Source: Octopus sinensis (Eukaryota). Taken from it: DNA of 64,000 bases. The position numbers were made by a program, and so were the translations under genes. Within the stretch, counting starts at the first letter, position 1, and every line of letters starts with the position of its first letter. The DNA is taken from assembly GCF_006345805.1 (NCBI RefSeq), contig NC_043021.1, positions 13,640,001 through 13,704,000 on the forward strand. Reading direction: 5' to 3'. Under the pieces are notes generated by a model. That model was not told the origin of the DNA, searched no databases, and saw only the letters and a list, made by a program, of their open reading frames with translations. This document shows positions 37,620 to 49,965 of this stretch, piece after piece.

Positions 37620-38020
37620 GTGATCTATCTTTTATTTATTTCAGTCATTAGAGTGCAGCCATGCTGGAGCACTGTTTTGAAGAACTTTAATTGAACAAAT
37701 TGACCCCAGTACTTGTTTCTTTCTAAAGCCTGGTACTTCCTTTATTGGTCTCTTTTGCTGAACTGCTAAGTTCTAAACATACCAACACCAATTTTCAAGC
37801 GATAGTGGGGGATAAACTCAGACACAAAGACCCACACTCATGGACATATACATATATATATACATGTGTGTGTGTATTTATATACATACATACACATGAT
37901 GGGCTTCTTTCAGTTCCCATCTACCAAAAACACTTACTAGGCTTTGATTGGCCTAAGGCTACAATAAAAGACACTTTCTCATGGTGCCATGCAGTGGGAC
38001 CGAACCTGGAACCATGTGGT
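37620..38020 (-). mobile_element. SINE family A (with partial copies either side)
   Basis: Tail TTTCAGTCATTAGAGTGCAGCCATGCTGGAGCAC; head GGGACCGAACCTGGAACCATGTGGTTGGG. Confidence 0.8.
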
Positions 38021-38314
38021 TGGGAAGCACCTATATATTCACACATATATGTATATGACAGGCTTCCATCACAATTTCCATCAATCAAATTCATTCACAA
38101 AGCATTCGGCCCAGAGCTTGCCCAAGGTGCCACACACTGGGACTGAACCCAGACCCATGTTGTTTACAAAGCAAGCTTCTTAACCACACAGCCATGCCTG
38201 CACCTGTAGTTTGACATCTGTTTATAAAACATGAATGGTGATATCTGGTCTAAATGCCTTGAGGTTTAGTGTAAAGTTAATGGATTATACCAGTTGTTCA
38301 ATCAACTGTACATC

Positions 38315-38645
38315 ATCATCATCATCATCATCGTTTAATGTCCGCTTTCCATGCTAGCATGGGTTGGACGATTTGACTGAGGTCTCGCGAACCAGATGGC
38401 TGCACCAGACTCCAGTCTGATCTGGCAGAGTTTCTATGGCTGGATGCCCTTCCTAACGCCAACCACACCGAGAGTGTAGTGGGTGCTTTTACGTGCCACT
38501 GGCACAAGGGCCAGTCAGGCGGTACTGGCAGCGGCCACACTCAATGGTGCTTTTTATATGCCACCTGCACAGGAGCCAGTCCAAGCGGCACTAGCAATGA
38601 CCTCGTTCGAATGTTTTTTCACGTGCCACCAGCACAAGTGCCAGT
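38315..38645 (-). mobile_element. RTE-type 3' tail (family C)
   Basis: (CAT)nCGTTTAATGTCCGCTTTCCATGCTAGCATGGGTTGGACG. Confidence 0.85.
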
Positions 38646-38979
38646 AAATTTTTTTTTTTTCATCTTTCATTATCTTTTTGTCAGGATCATTCAGGATGGA
38701 AGGCATTGCTGCTACCCTTTATGGGACCTCTGAGATTAGTTGTGGGGAGTGAGAAAGTGGGGAAAGAAGCTCAAAATAGAGACATAGCCTGAATATACCC
38801 AAGGTGCCAAGTGATGATGTTAAACCAAGTAGACCATAGCAGGATTTGAACTTGCAACACAAAAAAACCATAAGAATATGGCGAGGCATCAAGCCTGATA
38901 TTATCATATTTCCATCAATCCACTACTCCGGATTGAGGCTTCTTATTGATTTTATTGACTTTTGGCCTATTGGTTAGGG

Positions 38980-39292
38980 CAGTGTTTCTCAGCTGGGGTT
39001 CCCTGGAAGCCTAAAGTTCCGCGAGAAAGAGTGAGATAAGCTAATGCTAATTTCATGATCATAATATTACTCTACATGCACAACATATTATTGGTTATTG
39101 TAATACTGTAATATAGACATCATCCTAGCTAATCTGTTATCAAAATATATAACAACCATATATATTTATCATGTGAACTACAATGAAAAAATATGAGAAA
39201 GATATAGCATATAATTTTTTTGTGCAGGGGTTCCTTGAGACATATAATTTATTTAAAGGATTACGCAAGGGTAAGAAGATTGAGAAACACTG
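38980..39292. mobile_element. hAT MITE inserted in the tRNA head of a CORE-SINE
   Basis: TIRs CAGTGTTTCTC and GAGAAACACTG; TSD GGTTAGGG / GGTTAGAG; the SINE head resumes at 39301. Confidence 0.85.
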
Positions 39293-41115
39293 GGTTAGAG
39301 TATTGCTCTCATTATTGCAAGATTGTGGTTTCAATTCCTGGACCAGGCGGTGCATTGTGTTCTTGAGCAAAACACTTCATTTCATGTTGCTCCAAACCAC
39401 TCACCCCTAAATGAGTAGCATTGCAACAGGTCGGCGTTCCCATTTAGTGGGGAATATTGTGACCTCGGCCACTTAAACATTATGGAAACTGTGTAACAGG
39501 CGCTGTGTTCTGACAGACTGACAGTCCCATTTAGGGGTGAATGTTGTGGGTTTTGATTGCTTATATGCCATGGAAATTGGGTAACTGTCCCTATGAGTCC
39601 TCAGACTCAAGAGGGTAATGAAAGGCAAAGTTGACCTTGGCAGGATTTGAACTCTGAGTACAGAGTCAGAACACATACTCTGAGTACAGAGTTAGAACAC
39701 ATAAAATGCTTCATAAACATTTTATCCAATGCTCTAATGACTCTGCCAATTCACTGCACTGCACTGGTAGTATAAGCGGCTGAGAATTCCACAGTCACTT
39801 ATACTCTGAATATAATTCTTCGCAGTATCAGTGTGTGGCCTTCATATTTCAGCCTAGGCTATCATTGCCTCTGAGACATTGAAAACACAGGCTAGTGAGA
39901 GAGCCTCTACTTGGTTGCTCAACCTGTTAGAATTAGCAACCAAATTGCCTTCAAATCACATCCAACCACCTTAGAAAAAAGACACATTTGATAACATGAT
40001 CCTGTGTTCAGTTCCCTGTCCATGAATATTGCAGCAAATTTGCCTTTCAACAATGTATCTACATTTATTATGATACATAGATGGCTTTCAGAATTAAGAT
40101 GGTTTTAAACTGTTTTAACTTATCCAAGACCATGATGAAGAAGGAAGAATTAGATCGATGCAAACTCTGTTTTGTTTTCTTGAGGTGGCAGAATCGTTAG
40201 ATCAGCATAAAAAATACTTTGTCCCAGCTCCGTTTTCTGGTTCTTTACATTTCGAGTTCAAATCATATTGAGGCCAACTTTTCCTTTCGTCTTAGGTGGA
40301 TGAAATAAAATACTGGCCAGGCTCTGGGCTCATTGGTATCAATTTATTAACCTTCGATGTGATTGAATAACCGATCCCAACCAGTCAAGACTCAGTGTAC
40401 AGGTTTTGCTTGCTGAATACAAAATCTGGCTTGCAAGACCTCTGTTTGGGTGATTTTCCTGAGTTCTCATCTCACCCTTGTGCACCAGTCTGTTGCAAGG
40501 TTACCCATTTACAGTTGAGAGGACTGGAGCAATATGAAATGAAGTGTTTTACTCAAGCACACAATGCACAGCTGGTCTGGGAATTGAAACTGCAATCTTG
40601 TAATCTTCAGTGCAATACCTGAACCACTAGGCCACACATCTTTACTTATCAACTAATCCTTTCCCTTCATAATTGCTGGCCTTATTCCTAAATCAGAAAC
40701 CATTAACACAGAGGAGTAGGTTGGGGCAAACATTTTTATTGATATTTTTTTGGTGAAGTGAGGGCTAGTATCCATCAACTTGAGATTCACTCATGTATGA
40801 CATGGCTTGCAGTGGAGGCTTACAACATGTTTAGTTACTTGTTAAGCTTTATCTCTACAGATTTTCTATAGAAATTATAACCATCACTGATTTTCATATG
40901 AAATTTCGTATCTGAGATGCCAGATGTAAACAAACAATGAGATCAAAGATGAGAAATGGTTAATGGATATATATGTCATATTTCAGAAAGCGGGTGGGGG
41001 GTTGCCCCCTTCATCAGCACCCATCCAACCCATTGATCTTCCACAAACATATTGCTTATATAACCACTTAATATAGCAGTGTAACATTATTGGATGTACC
41101 AATTTTACATATTAA

Positions 41116-41553
41116 CCCTCAGAACCCCAGCTGCCAGTCGCAGATACTAACACCCCAGTAGCTGCTTTACTGGCTGCCATGTTGAACTGTTTACAAATAA
41201 CCCAGCGGCCATTATTCTGGCCCCCAGCCGCAGATACAAATACAAACTCCGGCCACCAGCTGCAGATACAAATACTCCAGCGGCCACTTTACCGGCCAGT
41301 ATTTTCTGCATTTGAAAACCAGACAGGACTGGTGCCACAAGCGTCAGTATTAGCGATAAAGCACAAAGGAAAAAAAACAAGTGGTAAGCACAATGTTGCC
41401 CTCTATTTGGCATTTTATTTCAATATGAAAAACAGAAAACACATTTTAGTGACACTGAAACAAAATTAGGTGGGAAATCATTTTCATGGCTCTTTTACCC
41501 AGGGAACCTGGGCAGAGGGTACTGAGGACAACACGTATCTGGGGTTCAAAGGG
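41116..41553. mobile_element. piggyBac-like MITE (third family) with TTAA TSD
   Basis: TTAA|CCCTCAGAACCCCAG ... CTGGGGTTCAAAGGG|TTAA. Confidence 0.85.
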
Positions 41554-42069
41554 TTAAACACATCACTGGAAGCTGGTACATAAATATTGATGACATGTAG
41601 GGACACCATATTTTGTTATGCCACCACAATATACATATTATACTAGTATATTAAAGTTGCATAACGAAATCCTGTGTCCCTACAGATTGTTAATATCATG
41701 TTTATTTAGGCTGAATAGGAGAGCTAGTAATTTTGGGGCAAATATGGGATCAAGCAGTTTACTTGCTTTTCCTCAGTGGATGAGAAAACATATTTTGTTA
41801 CTATAACTTTTCTTGGGGAATGTGGGTACTTTGAAAAATACCTCACAGGGTTTGTGGCTAGTACTTTTCAATGTCGATGGCTATAACTTTTAAATATTTT
41901 TATTGCTTTAAAGACATAATTGCAGATAAAATGCAACTTAAAATTTTAATTACAGAGGAGTATTAGATTTAATTTTTATTTTTTAATAATTGTAATATCT
42001 TAACTACATTATATTTTACTTGTTTCAGTCATTAGACTGCGCTCATTCTGGAGCACCACATTATACATG

Positions 42070-42480
42070 GCGTAGTGGTTAGGGTATTTGGATTATGATC
42101 GGAAGACTGAGTTCAATTTTTGGTGGCATATTGTGTCCTTGAGCAGAGCACTTTCTCATGTTGCTCCGGTCCACTCAGCTGGCAAAATGAGTCATACCTG
42201 TATGTGTGTCATACTGAATCTCCCTGAGAACTATGTTAAGGGTACATGTGTCTGTGGAGTGCTCAGCCACTTGCACATTAATTTCACAAGCAGGCTGTTC
42301 CATTGGTTGAATCAACTGGAACCCTCATTGTCATAACCGACAGAGTGGCATGTATATTATAGACACCAGAACATTAAGAGTATGTATGTCTGTGGAGTGC
42401 TCAGCCACTTGCACATTAATTTCACGAGCAGGCTGTTTCATTGATCAGATCAACTGGAACCCTCATCATTGTAACTGACT
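42070..42480 (+). mobile_element. CORE-head SINE with a duplicated 3' tail
   Basis: GTGTCCTTGAGCAGAGCACTT..GTTGCTCCGGTCCACTCAGCTGG, then TGTCTGTGGAGTGCTCAGCCACTTGCACATTAATTTCAC twice; the same tail is on the minus strand at ~400-490. Confidence 0.7.
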
Positions 42481-43094
42481 GAGGGCCAGTTACAGGTTGC
42501 CTTTTGGTAAGGCACAGGGACACATCAAAGTCAAAGCAGAACAGCTTGGTAGATTGTGAAGAGGCAGTAGAAGACTTCAGCTGAGCCCATGACCCTTCTT
42601 CCATTGGTGCTGAACAGAGAAATCCAAGAAGCTCAATGGTCAGGATCACCAGACTCTTATCATGAGAGTAACTGCAAAGCATCCACAGGGGTGGCATCCA
42701 TGGTTGTGTACTCAGCTAATGAAAGCTTTATCATGACTCAGATATGAATAATGGAGTTGGGTGGCGACAGAGAGTCACAGGAATTGGTGGAATAGGTGTG
42801 ACTGGATGGTGACAATTATTCTTGTAAGAATGAGACACGGTTAGAATTTGTTGATCCATTCACTTAGAAAGTGGGAAAACGTTTACTGCTTAAAATAAAT
42901 TACACAAATACAATCCATGAGGAGCTTCAGCATAGTTTCTGCCAGCCCAGTTTTACCCACATGGCTTGGGTTGACCTAAGGCTTATGGTAAAAGACACTT
43001 GCCCAAAATGCCACACACCAGGAATGAATTTAGGGTCTTGTGATTGGAAAATGGGAATTTACTTACTACTACTACTACTACTACTACTACTACA

Positions 43095-43136
<42 letters not shown>

Positions 43137-43239
43137 TAGATAGATATAAAATGAAAGACTAAATAGAGTAAAAAATAAGAGGGTGTTTGATTTGACAGCT
43201 GTTTAATGATCACTGCACATGTTTTGATACAACATAGAT

Positions 43240-43352
43240 CCACACACACACACATATATATATACATATATGTGTGTATTTGTATATATACACATATAAA
43301 TATATATATGCATATATATATGTGTGTGTATTTGTTTATATACATATATATA

Positions 43353-43393
<41 letters not shown>

Positions 43394-43700
43394 TATACAT
43401 ATATCTATATATATGAGTGTATTTGTATATATATACATATATATATATGCATATATATGTATCTGTATTTGTATATATACATGTATATATGCATATATAT
43501 GAGTGTATTTGTATATATATACATATATATATATATGCATATATATGTATCTGTATTTGTATATATACATGTATATATGCATATATATGTGTATGTATTT
43601 GTATATATATACATATATGTATATGTGTATTTGTATACACACACACAATATATATATATATCGTTATATAGCATTGTATATATATCGTTATATAGCATTG
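43240..43700. repeat. TA-rich minisatellite
   Basis: Repeated GTATCTGTATTTGTATATATACATGTATATATGCATATAT. Confidence 0.9.
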
Positions 43701-44088
43701 TTTCAGATGCTCTATGTATAAAGCCTACATTTTGCTCAGGTGATTATCAGGTAGTTTGACCTTCAATTTGGCTTCTCTTTTTCTCAGCCTCTCTCTCTCT
43801 TTCTCTCTCCCTCTCACCTACATACTTTCTCTTTTTCCTTGACATGGTTATTTTTGCCTAACATTCTGAAAGGCTGACATCTTTTGTGCTTTAGACTGCA
43901 GCCCATGCTGGGGCAGCACCTTGAAGGGATTTCGTTGAACTCATTAACCACAGCTTTTATTTTTCCTTTAAAGTCTTGTGCTTCTTCTATTTGTTGCTTT
44001 TGTTGAACTGCCAAGTTACAGGGATGTAAATGAACCAACAACGGTTGCCAAGCTGTGTTGCAAGGACAAACACAAAGTCACACACACA

Positions 44089-44170
<82 letters not shown>

Positions 44171-44986
44171 TCTTTTACTTTTTTCAGTCATTAGACTGCA
44201 GCCATGGTATGGCACCACCTTGAAGAATTTTTGTCAAATGAATCGATGCTGGTACATACACTTTTCTTTAAGTCTGCTACTTTTTTCTTCGGTTTCTTCT
44301 GCTGAACTGCTAAGTTATGGGGACATACATAAACCAGCACTGGTTGTTAAGCAGTGGTGGTGTTAGTGGGACAAACACACAATGACACACACTTATACAT
44401 ACATGTATGAGATAGGCTTCTTTCAGTTTCCATCTACCATATCTACTCATAAGGCTTTGGTCTACTCAAAGTATCATGCAGTGGGCCTGAATCTGGAATG
44501 TATTTATATGATGAACTTCCACACAGTTTCCAACTACCAAATCCACTCGCAAAGTATTGATTGGCCCAGAGCTTAGTGGAAGACATTGACCCAAGGTGGC
44601 ATGCAGTGGGACTGAACCTGAAGCCATGTGCCTGCAAAGCGACCTTCTTAACCACACAGCCATGCCCACAGCTGTATGTATATATAAACAAAAAGACCGA
44701 AGGTTCTTCCTGAGCTGTAGGCTCATAAGGCTGGTTTCTAGGTTATCCTTTTTTTTTCCTTTTTTAGCATATATAGTCCCTCTACCCTGGATGTAATGCC
44801 GCTCTGTTGTATAGCATTATTCACTTTTGCCAGCTGAGGGGACTGAAGCAATGTGACATATAATGTTCTGCTCAAGAGCACAATACATTGTCAGTCCAAG
44901 AATTGAAACCACAATCTTATAATCATGAGTGCAACACCCTAATCACTAAGCCATGTGCCTTCTCTCTCACACACACACACACATAT

Positions 44987-45198
44987 AAAGGGGTGCTGTA
45001 AAGTTCTTGGCTTTGGGTAAAATAAAATACAGGAGGATCAGTTAATTATGATTTTATTCAACATATTCCCCTCTCAGATTCATACACTTATTGCAGCAGT
45101 CCTTCAGTTTTTCTAAGCCCTGTAAAAGAACTCAGAAGGTTAGGCCTCCAACCAGTCCTTTCGGGATACCCTTAAAGCCAGGAATTTTTCAGCACCCC

Positions 45199-45240
<42 letters not shown>

Positions 45241-45385
45241 AGAGGGTACTGAAAACTTCCTGGCTTTGGATAAAACAAAATACAAGAGGATCAATTAATT
45301 ATGGTTTTATTGAACATATTCCCCTCCTAAATCCACACAGTTGTTGCAACAGTCCTTTAGTTCTTCTAAGCCCTGTAAAATAACT
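44987..45385. mobile_element. Mariner-like MITE (44987-45201) plus a truncated second copy (~45239-45385)
   Basis: TIRs GGGGTGCTGTAAAGTTCTTGGCTTT and AAAGCCAGGAATTTTTCAGCACCCC; the second copy ends at CTAAGCCCTGTAAAA. Confidence 0.8.
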
Positions 45386-45387
45386 GT

Positions 45388-46240
45388 ATATTTACCAAAA
45401 TTACATAAAAATATCTTGAAATACTCAAGAGTAAATTTATTCAATAATATTGCCATTGGCTTCAACCACAGCCTCGAGATGACTTTGGAATTTCCTGCGG
45501 CTCTTCTGGACGGTCTCCTTGTTTAAGTTGGTGAATGCTGCCATAATACTTGCCTTCAATTGTCTTTGGTGTTACAAGAAGTTTTCTTGGTCTCTCGCTC
45601 AACTGTGCCCCACATATTATAATCAAGGGGATTGCAGTCTGGGGAGTTAGGTGGCCATATATTAGGGGTGGTGTGGTTGCAGAAATTGTCTGACTGCCAT
45701 GACTGGGTTCCCCTGCTTGTGTGGCATGGTGCAGAGTCCTCTTGCCAGACATAGGGTCTTCTAGCAGCCACCCTCTTGACCCAGGGTAGCACTGCTTCTT
45801 CCACGCATTTGATGTAGGCGTTTGTGTTGAGTCTGAGTCTATGTGGGAAGATGAATGGAGGCATAACGTCACCATCATTAGTAATCACTCCAAACACTAT
45901 GATGGTGACAGAATGTTTAATTTTTATCACTCTTGGTACAAGTCCTCAGATTGACACCCATACACTCTGAAATGTTCATATTGGAGCTTCAGGCATGAAT
46001 GCCAAGCAGTACAGCATATTGTTTCCAAATTTCTGTGTGTGTGTGTGTATAGGCAGTTATGCAGATAAACAAATTAGTTACATCAAATACATCAAATATA
46101 ATAATTTGGGTATGAAATAGCAGATGTGTATACATGCAAAATGAGAGAAACAAAAGGTGGAGATTTGCAGATGAATTTTTAAGTATAAATATGTAGATAT
46201 TTATATTAACAGGTCCAACTTAGACAAAGTGATCACACCT
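45388..46240 (-). mobile_element. Internally deleted Tc1/mariner transposon of the DD37D (maT) family
   Basis: N-terminal piece 46033-45941 (EIWKQYAVLLGIHA*SSNMNISECMGVNLRT) is joined to the catalytic region QEDSAPCH..WPPNSPDCNPLDY (37 residues between D2 and D3). The frameshifted C-terminus ..FQSHLEAVVEANGNIIE* ends at TAA 45439-45437. Confidence 0.88.
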
Positions 46241-46249
46241 GTGGACTAT

Positions 46250-46612
46250 ATCATCATCATCATGCGTCTGCTTTCCTTACTGGCATGGGTTAGACAGTTT
46301 GACTGAAACTAGTAAGCTGTAGGGCTAGACCAGATTCCAATCTGATTTGGCATGGTTTCTATGGCTGGATGTCCTTCCTAATGCCAAACACTCCAAGAGT
46401 GTACTGGGTGCTTTTTATGTGCCACCAGCACAGACATCAGTTGCATGACACCAGCATCAGCCACGACAACAATTTCACTTGGCTTGATGGGTCTTCTGAA
46501 GCACCGCATATTGCCAAAGGTCTTGGTCACTTATCATTATCTCTGTGAGGCTCAATTTTTGAAGCGTGCTTTTTAGGTACCACTGGCAGGGATGCCAGTT
46601 ATGTTACACCAG
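46250..46612 (-). mobile_element. RTE 3' end carrying the last codons of ORF2
   Basis: 46564-46475 (-) translates LQKLSLTEIMISDQDLWQYAVLQKTHQAK*, directly upstream of the family-C tail. Confidence 0.75.
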
Positions 46613-46631
46613 TATATATATATATAGATAG

Positions 46632-46826
46632 CTCTGGCTCCTGTGCCGGTGGCACGTAAAAAACATCCACTACACTCACGGAGAGGTTGGCGTTAGGAAG
46701 GGCATCCAGCTGTAGAAACTCTGCCAAATCAGACTGGAGCCTGGTGCAGCCTCCATGGCTTACCAGACCCCGGTTGAACCATCGAACCCATGCTAGCATG
46801 GAAAACGGACGTTAAATGATGATGAT

Positions 46827-46830
<4 letters not shown>
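46632..46830 (+). mobile_element. RTE-type 3' tail (family C), plus strand
   Basis: GTTGGCGTTAGGAAGGGCATCCAGCTGTAGAAAC..CATGGAAAACGGACGTTAAATGATGATGAT. Confidence 0.85.
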
Positions 46831-46865
<35 letters not shown>

Positions 46866-46867
<2 letters not shown>

Positions 46868-47280
46868 AACTTACTTGGAAAAAGATGTGTGGCGTTATTG
46901 TTCTCTGTCTCCTGTCCAGACTTGTTTCTTTGCATTCACCACCACAATCTCGTTTAGGCTTAGCAGTCCTTCCTGTCTGTTTTCACTGTCCTGTTTTCGT
47001 CACCAATCTTGACCCTCCTCAAGATTGCAAATTTAATTTGCTTTGCGGGAGCAACTGTTTTATCGAAGGTGTATCTTGTCGTGAATTGCTCGAAATATGG
47101 ATTAGAAAAACAGCCGACAACTGATGAAGGGTCGCTCCTTCATCATCCTGTGTTGCTTGTCTTGTTTTCCATTTGTTTCTTTCGTTTCTTGCAAAAAAAA
47201 GCCCTTATTCCATATCCTCGTACTTCGTATTTTTTGTTGTTTATATTTTGTGATGTCCTGTGCCCACATATGCATATCTA
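46866..47280 (+). repeat. Interspersed repeat, possibly a Penelope-like terminal repeat
   Basis: Shares AAAACTTACTTGGAA and AAAAACAGCCGACAACTGATGAAGGGTCG..GTCCTGTGCCCACATATGCA with 58140-58480. Confidence 0.55.
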
Positions 47281-47322
47281 TGTACGTATACGTATGTATA
47301 TATGCCTATATATATATATATA

Positions 47323-47608
47323 TCATCATCATCATCATCATCATCATCGTTTAACGTCTGTTTTCCGCGCTAGCACTGGTTGGACGGTTTCGACCAGGGT
47401 CTGGGGAGCCAGGGGCTGCCCCAGGCTCCAGTCTGGTCTGGTAGTGTTTCTACAGCTGGATGCCCTTCCTAACGCCAACCACTCCGCGAGTGTAGTGGGT
47501 GCTTTTTACGTGTCACCTGCACAGGTGCCAGAGGGGTCTGGCATCGGCCACGGTCAGTTGGTGCTTTTTATGTGCCACCTGCACAGAAGCCAGTCGGGGC
47601 GGTGCTGG
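47323..47608 (-). mobile_element. RTE-type 3' tail (family C), young and CpG-rich
   Basis: Inverted relative to 46632-46830. Confidence 0.85.
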
Positions 47609-48174
47609 GAGGGGTGTTCGGAGAAACGATGACAGGTTCTAGACAAGTAGAACGTAGGATATCACGAGAGGGGTAATGCATGGTGAAATAGCGTATTGAA
47701 GAGGGGGGTTCGAAGAGTATATATATATATATATATATATGAGAACATATTTATAGACAAACATTGAAGCATTGAGTGAGTTTGTATTTTAGAAATGCAG
47801 GAAATCTTGAATGCAGGAGAATTGCTGTGTAAACAGCTGAGTGGATTGGGTAAAACTTTACCTGATCCTCTAAGCTGTTTCCACAGCTGTCCTCCTGTGT
47901 TCAAGATTGCTTTCATTTCTGAAATATATATGTATCAGTGCCATGTAAAAAGCAGCTGTGCTGGTGCCATGTAGAAAACACTCAGTAAAATGGTTGACAT
48001 TAAGAAGAGCATCCAGGTGTAGAAACCATGCAAAAAAAACAACAAACAATTGGATCCTGGTGCAGCTCTTAAGCTTGCCAGCTTCTATCAAAGCATTCAA
48101 TACATTCCAGCTTGGAAAATAGATGTTAATTGTTGATGATGTCATACTCACACATATATTTATATGTATGTCCA

Positions 48175-48351
48175 TAGGCGTGGGTGTGTGGTTGAGAAGT
48201 TTGTTTCTTAACCACATGGTTTTTGGGTTCAGTCTGACTGCAGGATGTCTTGACTAAGTGTCTTTTATCATAATTATAACCTTATAACCCCAGGCTGCCC
48301 AAAGCCTTGTGAATGGATTTGGTAGATGGATGGGAACTGAAAGAAGCCCAT

Positions 48352-48402
<51 letters not shown>

Positions 48403-48900
48403 TAAGGAGCTTGCTTGCCAGCCATATGATTCCAGGTTCAGTCCCACTGTGCGACACCTTGGGCTGACCAAAGACTTATGAGTGGATTTGGTAGATGGAT
48501 GGAAACTGAAAGAAGCCCATCATGTGTGTGTGTGTGTTTAGTAAGGAGCTTGCTTGCCAGCCATATGATTCCAGGTTCAGTCCCACTGTGTGACACCTTG
48601 GGCTGACCAAAGCCTTGTGAGTGAATTTGGTAGACAGACTGAAAGAAGTCCATCATATATATATATATGTATGAGTGTATGTGTGTGTGTGCCTGTGTTT
48701 GTCCCCTAGCCATCACTTGACAACCAATGTTGGTGTGTTTATGCCCCTGTAACTTAGTGGTTCGGCAAAAGAGACCGATAGAATAAGTTCCAGACTTAGA
48801 AAAGATTAAGTCCTGGGGTTGATTTCTTTGACTAAAATCCCTGTAAGGTGGTGCTCCAGTATTACTGCAGTCAAATGACTGAAACGAGTAAAAGAATAAA
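48175..48900 (+). mobile_element. SINE A with a triplicated 5' half separated by (TG)n
   Basis: GGTTCAGTC..TGAAAGAAG.CCATCAT three times; the single tail ends ~48900. Confidence 0.8.
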
Positions 48901-49052
48901 AGAACGTGTGTGTGTGTGTGGGGGGGCAATGCCTTGCTTGAAAATGGGTGCAAGTGTACATAATCACATGCAGGAATGTTTGATCATTGGTCTGCTGGGT
49001 CAGGGCTGACCCAGGGCTACACCACAACCACTTCCACTTTTGCTGTGTTTAA

Positions 49053-49263
49053 CCCTTTAGCATTCAGATTACTCTGTCAAATGTGATGCTTATTTATTCA
49101 CGTTGCTTCGAATTAATCTTGAGATGCCTTGTAGCTCCAAGAGTTTTATGATGTGGTCGTTTATAACATTACAGAATAGGTGTAAGAAGCCAGATTTGGC
49201 CAGTTTGAACACAAAGCACGTAGAATATTTTAGCCAGATATGGTCAGTTTAAATGCAAAAGGA
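49053..49263 (+). mobile_element. piggyBac-like MITE with TTAA TSD
   Basis: TTAA|CCCTTTAGCATT ... AATGCAAAAGGA|TTAA. Confidence 0.8.
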
Positions 49264-49357
49264 TTAATTAACTTTTTGTATCTGTCTGTCCATCAATTTA
49301 TGTTTCAGCTCATCTCACCAGTCCTCCCTCTCCTTCTCTCTCTCTCTCCATTTCTCT

Positions 49358-49965
49358 TTGGCTCTCTGTCCATCCTCTCTGTTCCTTGTCACCCTCTGTC
49401 CTTTGTCTCCCTCTGTGCCTTGTCTCCCTCTGTCCCTTGTCTCCCTCTGTCCTTTGTCTTCCTCTGTCCTTTGTCTCCCTCTGTTCCTTGTCACCTTCTG
49501 TCATTTGTCTCCCTCTGTCCTTTGTCCTCTGTCCTTTGTCTCCCTCTGTCCCTTGTCTCCCTCTGTCCCTTGTCTCCACCTGTCCTTTGTCTCCCCCTGT
49601 CCTTTGTCTCCCCCTGTCCTTTGTCTCCCCCTGTCCCTTGTCTCCCCCTGTCCCTTGTCTCCCTCTGTCCCTTGTCTCCCTCTGTCCCTTATCTCCCTCT
49701 GTCCCTTGTCTCCCTCTGTCCCTTGTCTCCCTCTGTCCCTTGTCGCCCTCTGTCCCTTGTCGCCCTCTGTCCCTTGTCGCCCTCTGTTCCTTGTCGCCCT
49801 CTGTCCCTTGTCGCCCTCTGTCTCTTGTCGCTCTCTGTCCCTTGTCTCCCTCTGTCCCTTGTCTCCCTCTGTCCCTTGTCGCCCTCTGTTCCTTGTTGCC
49901 CTCTGTCCCTTGTCTCCCTCTGTTTCCTTATTTCTGTCTTTGCCTCTCACTGTTTCCACCTGTCC
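49358..49965. repeat. 17-bp minisatellite (TCCCTCTGTCCCTTGTC)n
   Basis: Seen directly; it produces the Cys/Pro/Leu/Ser ORFs and the Arg/Gly/Gln antisense ORFs. Confidence 0.95.

Noticed and set aside
40985-41020. Minus-strand CTGATGA-A-GGGG-GCAA-CCCC (hammerhead core plus GNRA stem II)
   Set aside because: The required GAAA does not follow stem II; at best a dead relic.
42490-42880. Possible RTE endonuclease relic on the minus strand
   Set aside because: Only vague motif similarity across several stops; it cannot be supported without a profile search.
47100-47150. GAAA..CTGATGA as a type II hammerhead (also in the 58.4-kb copy)
   Set aside because: No convincing stem II or stem III pairing; the local GATGAAGG/CCTTCATC hairpin is not shared with the second copy.
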